From Bacteroidetes bacterium GWF2_33_16 (lineage in GTDB: Bacteria; Bacteroidota; Bacteroidia; Bacteroidales; UBA12077): a stretch of DNA of 64,000 nucleotides. The notes beneath the pieces were generated by a model. It was not told where the DNA came from and ran no database searches. It saw only the letters and a program-made list of their open reading frames with translations. Shown in pieces: positions 62,006 to 64,000 of the stretch. Every line of letters starts with the position of its first letter. The stretch's first letter is position 1. The stretch spans positions 140,803 to 204,802 of the forward strand of contig MEOE01000011.1 in the NCBI GenBank assembly GCA_001768565.1, written 5' to 3'. Both the position numbers and the translations under genes were made by a program.

Positions 62006-64000
62006 TTAGGCTTCTTCTGTAATAATATCAAAATTCGGACCATTATTTTCATCAATGGTTGAATCTGTGTCTTCCTTTTCAACTTGAGCTACAGCTGCAA
62101 TAGAATCATTGTTTTTTAAATTGATCAATCGAACACCTTGTGTTGCTCTACCGGTAATCCGAAGATCAGCTACAGCAAGCCTTATTGTTAATCCTGATTT
62201 ATTAATAATCATTAGGTCGACAGTATCGTCTACTCCTTTAATTGTTATAAGCTTACCTGTTTTTTCGGTAATATTTATAGTTTTTACACCTTTTCCTCCA
62301 CGATTTGTAATTCGGTAGTCCTCAATACTTGATCTTTTGCCATATCCATTCTCCGAAACTACAAGTATCTCATTATCTACTGCTTCTACCCATACCATAC
62401 CTACAACTTCATCATCTTTCTTACTTAAAGTAATACCTCTAACTCCAGCTCCTGTCCTTCCTATTGAACGAACTTTACTTTCATTAAATCGCACAGCTTT
62501 TCCTTCGCGTGTGGCTAAAACAATATCACTCTTTCCGTCGGTAAGTTTTGCCTGAAGTAATTGATCTCCATCTTTAATAGTTATAGCATTTACACCATTT
62601 TGTCGTGGACGAGAATATTCAACAAGCTTAGTTTTTTTAACGATACCTTTTTTAGTAGCCATTAAAATAAACTTATTTTCAATGTATTCTTTGTCTGTTA
62701 AATTTTGAACATTAATATATGCTTTAACTTTATCTTCCTGCTCAATATTGATAATATTTTGTATTGCTCTACCTTTTGAATTTTTAGCTCCTTCTGGAAT
62801 TTCATATACTTTAAGCCAAAAACACTTTCCTTTTTCGGTAAAAAACAACATTGTATTATGCATTGATGCAATAAACATATGTTCTAGGAAATCTTCGTCT
62901 CTTGTATTGCTTCCTTTCGCTCCTACTCCACCACGATTCTGTGTTTTAAATTCAGTAACAGGTGTTCTTTTAATATATCCCAAATGAGAAATGGTAACTA
63001 CCATATCTTCATCTACATAAAAATCTTCTGGATTAAATTCACCTTCATCTGGAACCACTTCAGTTCTCCTTTCATCACCAAAGTTATCTCTTATTTCAAT
63101 TAGCTCATCTTTAATAACTTGCAATCTTAAAACTTCACTTTCTAGCAAATTTGTAAGAAATTCTATGAGCTTTTGAATTTCAGCATATTCTTCTTTAATC
63201 TTATCACGTTCAAGTCCTGTTAACTTTTGTAAACGCATATCAAGTATAGCCTTTGCTTGAATTTCAGAAAGACTAAACTTTTGCATTAATCCATCCTTTG
63301 CTTCCTCAGGATTTTTTGATGCCCGTATAAGGTTTATTACTTCATCAAGATGATCTAAGGCGATTAATAATCCTTCAAGAATATGAGCTTTTTTTTGTGC
63401 CTGGTCTAATTCAAAACGAGTTCTTCTTACAACAACATCATGTCTATGATTTACAAAATTCTCAATAAGCTGTTTAAGATTCAATGTTTTAGGTCGTCCT
63501 TTTACCAAGGCTATGCTATTAACATTAAAACTAGTTTGTAATTGAGTATATTTGAACAGTTTATTTAAAACTACACTTGCGAGGGTATCTCTTCTAATAT
63601 CATATACAATACGCATTCCTGTTCGATCCGATTCATCGCTTATATTAGTAATACCATCTATCTTTTTCTCATTTACTAATTCGGCTGTTTTTCGAATAAG
63701 CTCTGATTTATTTACCAAATATGGTATTTCAGTCACAATTATTCGTTCACGACCGTTAGGTTCAGTTTCTATCTCTGTTTTTGAACGAATAACTATCCTT
63801 CCTCTACCTGTCTCATATGCTTCTTTAAAACCTTGCATACCATAAATAATACCACCAGTTGGAAAATCCGGAGCTTTAATCAGAATAATAAGATTCTGAA
63901 TATCAACCTCTTTATCATCAACATAGGCAATTATTGCATTTATTGTATCTCTCAAATTATGAGGAGCCATATTTGTCGCCATACCAACAGCAATACCAGA
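62006..64000 (-). CDS. gyrA: DNA gyrase subunit A (C-terminal two-thirds; 5' end outside window)
   Basis: The frame stays open to base 64000 and reads SGIAVGMATNMAPHNL, the conserved GyrA motif. C-terminal beta-pinwheel repeats follow (GRxTxGV motifs). Confidence 0.95.
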   Translation of the reverse strand, partial: SGIAVGMATNMAPHNLRDTINAIIAYVDDKEVDIQNLIILIKAPDFPTGGIIYGMQGFKEAYETGRGRIVIRSKTEIETEPNGRERIIVTEIPYLVNKSELIRKTAELVNEKKIDGITNISDESDRTGMRIVYDIRRDTLASVVLNKLFKYTQLQTSFNVNSIALVKGRPKTLNLKQLIENFVNHRHDVVVRRTRFELDQAQKKAHILEGLLIALDHLDEVINLIRASKNPEEAKDGLMQKFSLSEIQAKAILDMRLQKLTGLERDKIKEEYAEIQKLIEFLTNLLESEVLRLQVIKDELIEIRDNFGDERRTEVVPDEGEFNPEDFYVDEDMVVTISHLGYIKRTPVTEFKTQNRGGVGAKGSNTRDEDFLEHMFIASMHNTMLFFTEKGKCFWLKVYEIPEGAKNSKGRAIQNIINIEQEDKVKAYINVQNLTDKEYIENKFILMATKKGIVKKTKLVEYSRPRQNGVNAITIKDGDQLLQAKLTDGKSDIVLATREGKAVRFNESKVRSIGRTGAGVRGITLSKKDDEVVGMVWVEAVDNEILVVSENGYGKRSSIEDYRITNRGGKGVKTINITEKTGKLITIKGVDDTVDLMIINKSGLTIRLAVADLRITGRATQGVRLINLKNNDSIAAVAQVEKEDTDSTIDENNGPNFDIITEEA

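Noticed and set aside
62109-63845. Several plus-strand ORFs (69-97 aa) within gyrA
   Set aside because: They are antisense to an unambiguous gyrA reading frame.

Overview
Low-GC chromosomal segment. My hand counts of single 60-nt lines range from about 22 to 45 percent G+C, mostly near 30. It looks like Bacteroidota: TAnnTTTG-type -7 boxes precede tRNAs and several genes, many products are lipoproteins, and there are ECF sigma/FecR/STN and DUF4252 modules plus a CI-type S24 repressor of the 'non-canonical LexA' kind. I count about 58 protein-coding genes on both strands. There are three solitary tRNA genes (Lys-UUU, Gly-CCC, Pro-CGG, all minus strand) and many clean rho-independent terminators. 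I see no rRNA, no CRISPR array and no transposase, integrase or phage genes. Both window edges cut genes: an FtsX-type permease on the left and gyrA on the right. Most content is housekeeping or metabolic (pyrD, arfB, adk, pcm, msrA, csp, rnhA, gyrA, peptidases, transporters). Three envelope or stress signalling modules are interspersed: ECF sigma + DUF4252 x3, FecI/FecR + a barrel-less STN protein, and BlaI/BlaR1. The best candidate for undescribed biology is at 18.2-26.5 kb. There a LexA-like S24 repressor is divergent from an operon encoding a radical SAM protein, a DUF4130/TIGR03915-like protein, an active DinB-type polymerase, DnaE2 and an SRAP protein; the first two enzymes have no assigned chemistry. 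Other items worth a second look: (a) two tandem degenerate copies of the 3' third of tRNA-Pro, each interrupted in the T-loop by the same 32-nt hairpin; (b) an 846-bp gene-free AT-rich region packed with TYACAWWTGTRA palindromes upstream of a conserved HTH gene; (c) a Crp / GlpD-like / AGPS-like (HHH loop) / FGGY-kinase operon with a perfect 18-bp palindrome; (d) phased 7-8-nt microsatellite tracts (AACTTNN and relatives) just upstream of several start codons, including a repeated hairpin+heptad intergenic element; (e) a signal-peptide-less GH16-like protein with an altered catalytic motif and a long K/E-rich repeat region; (f) a fused double adenylate kinase; (g) an orphan DarA/DarB-like pair; (h) two small ORFs missed by the 60-aa ORF track. 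All functional calls rest on motifs I recognised by eye. No database search was run.
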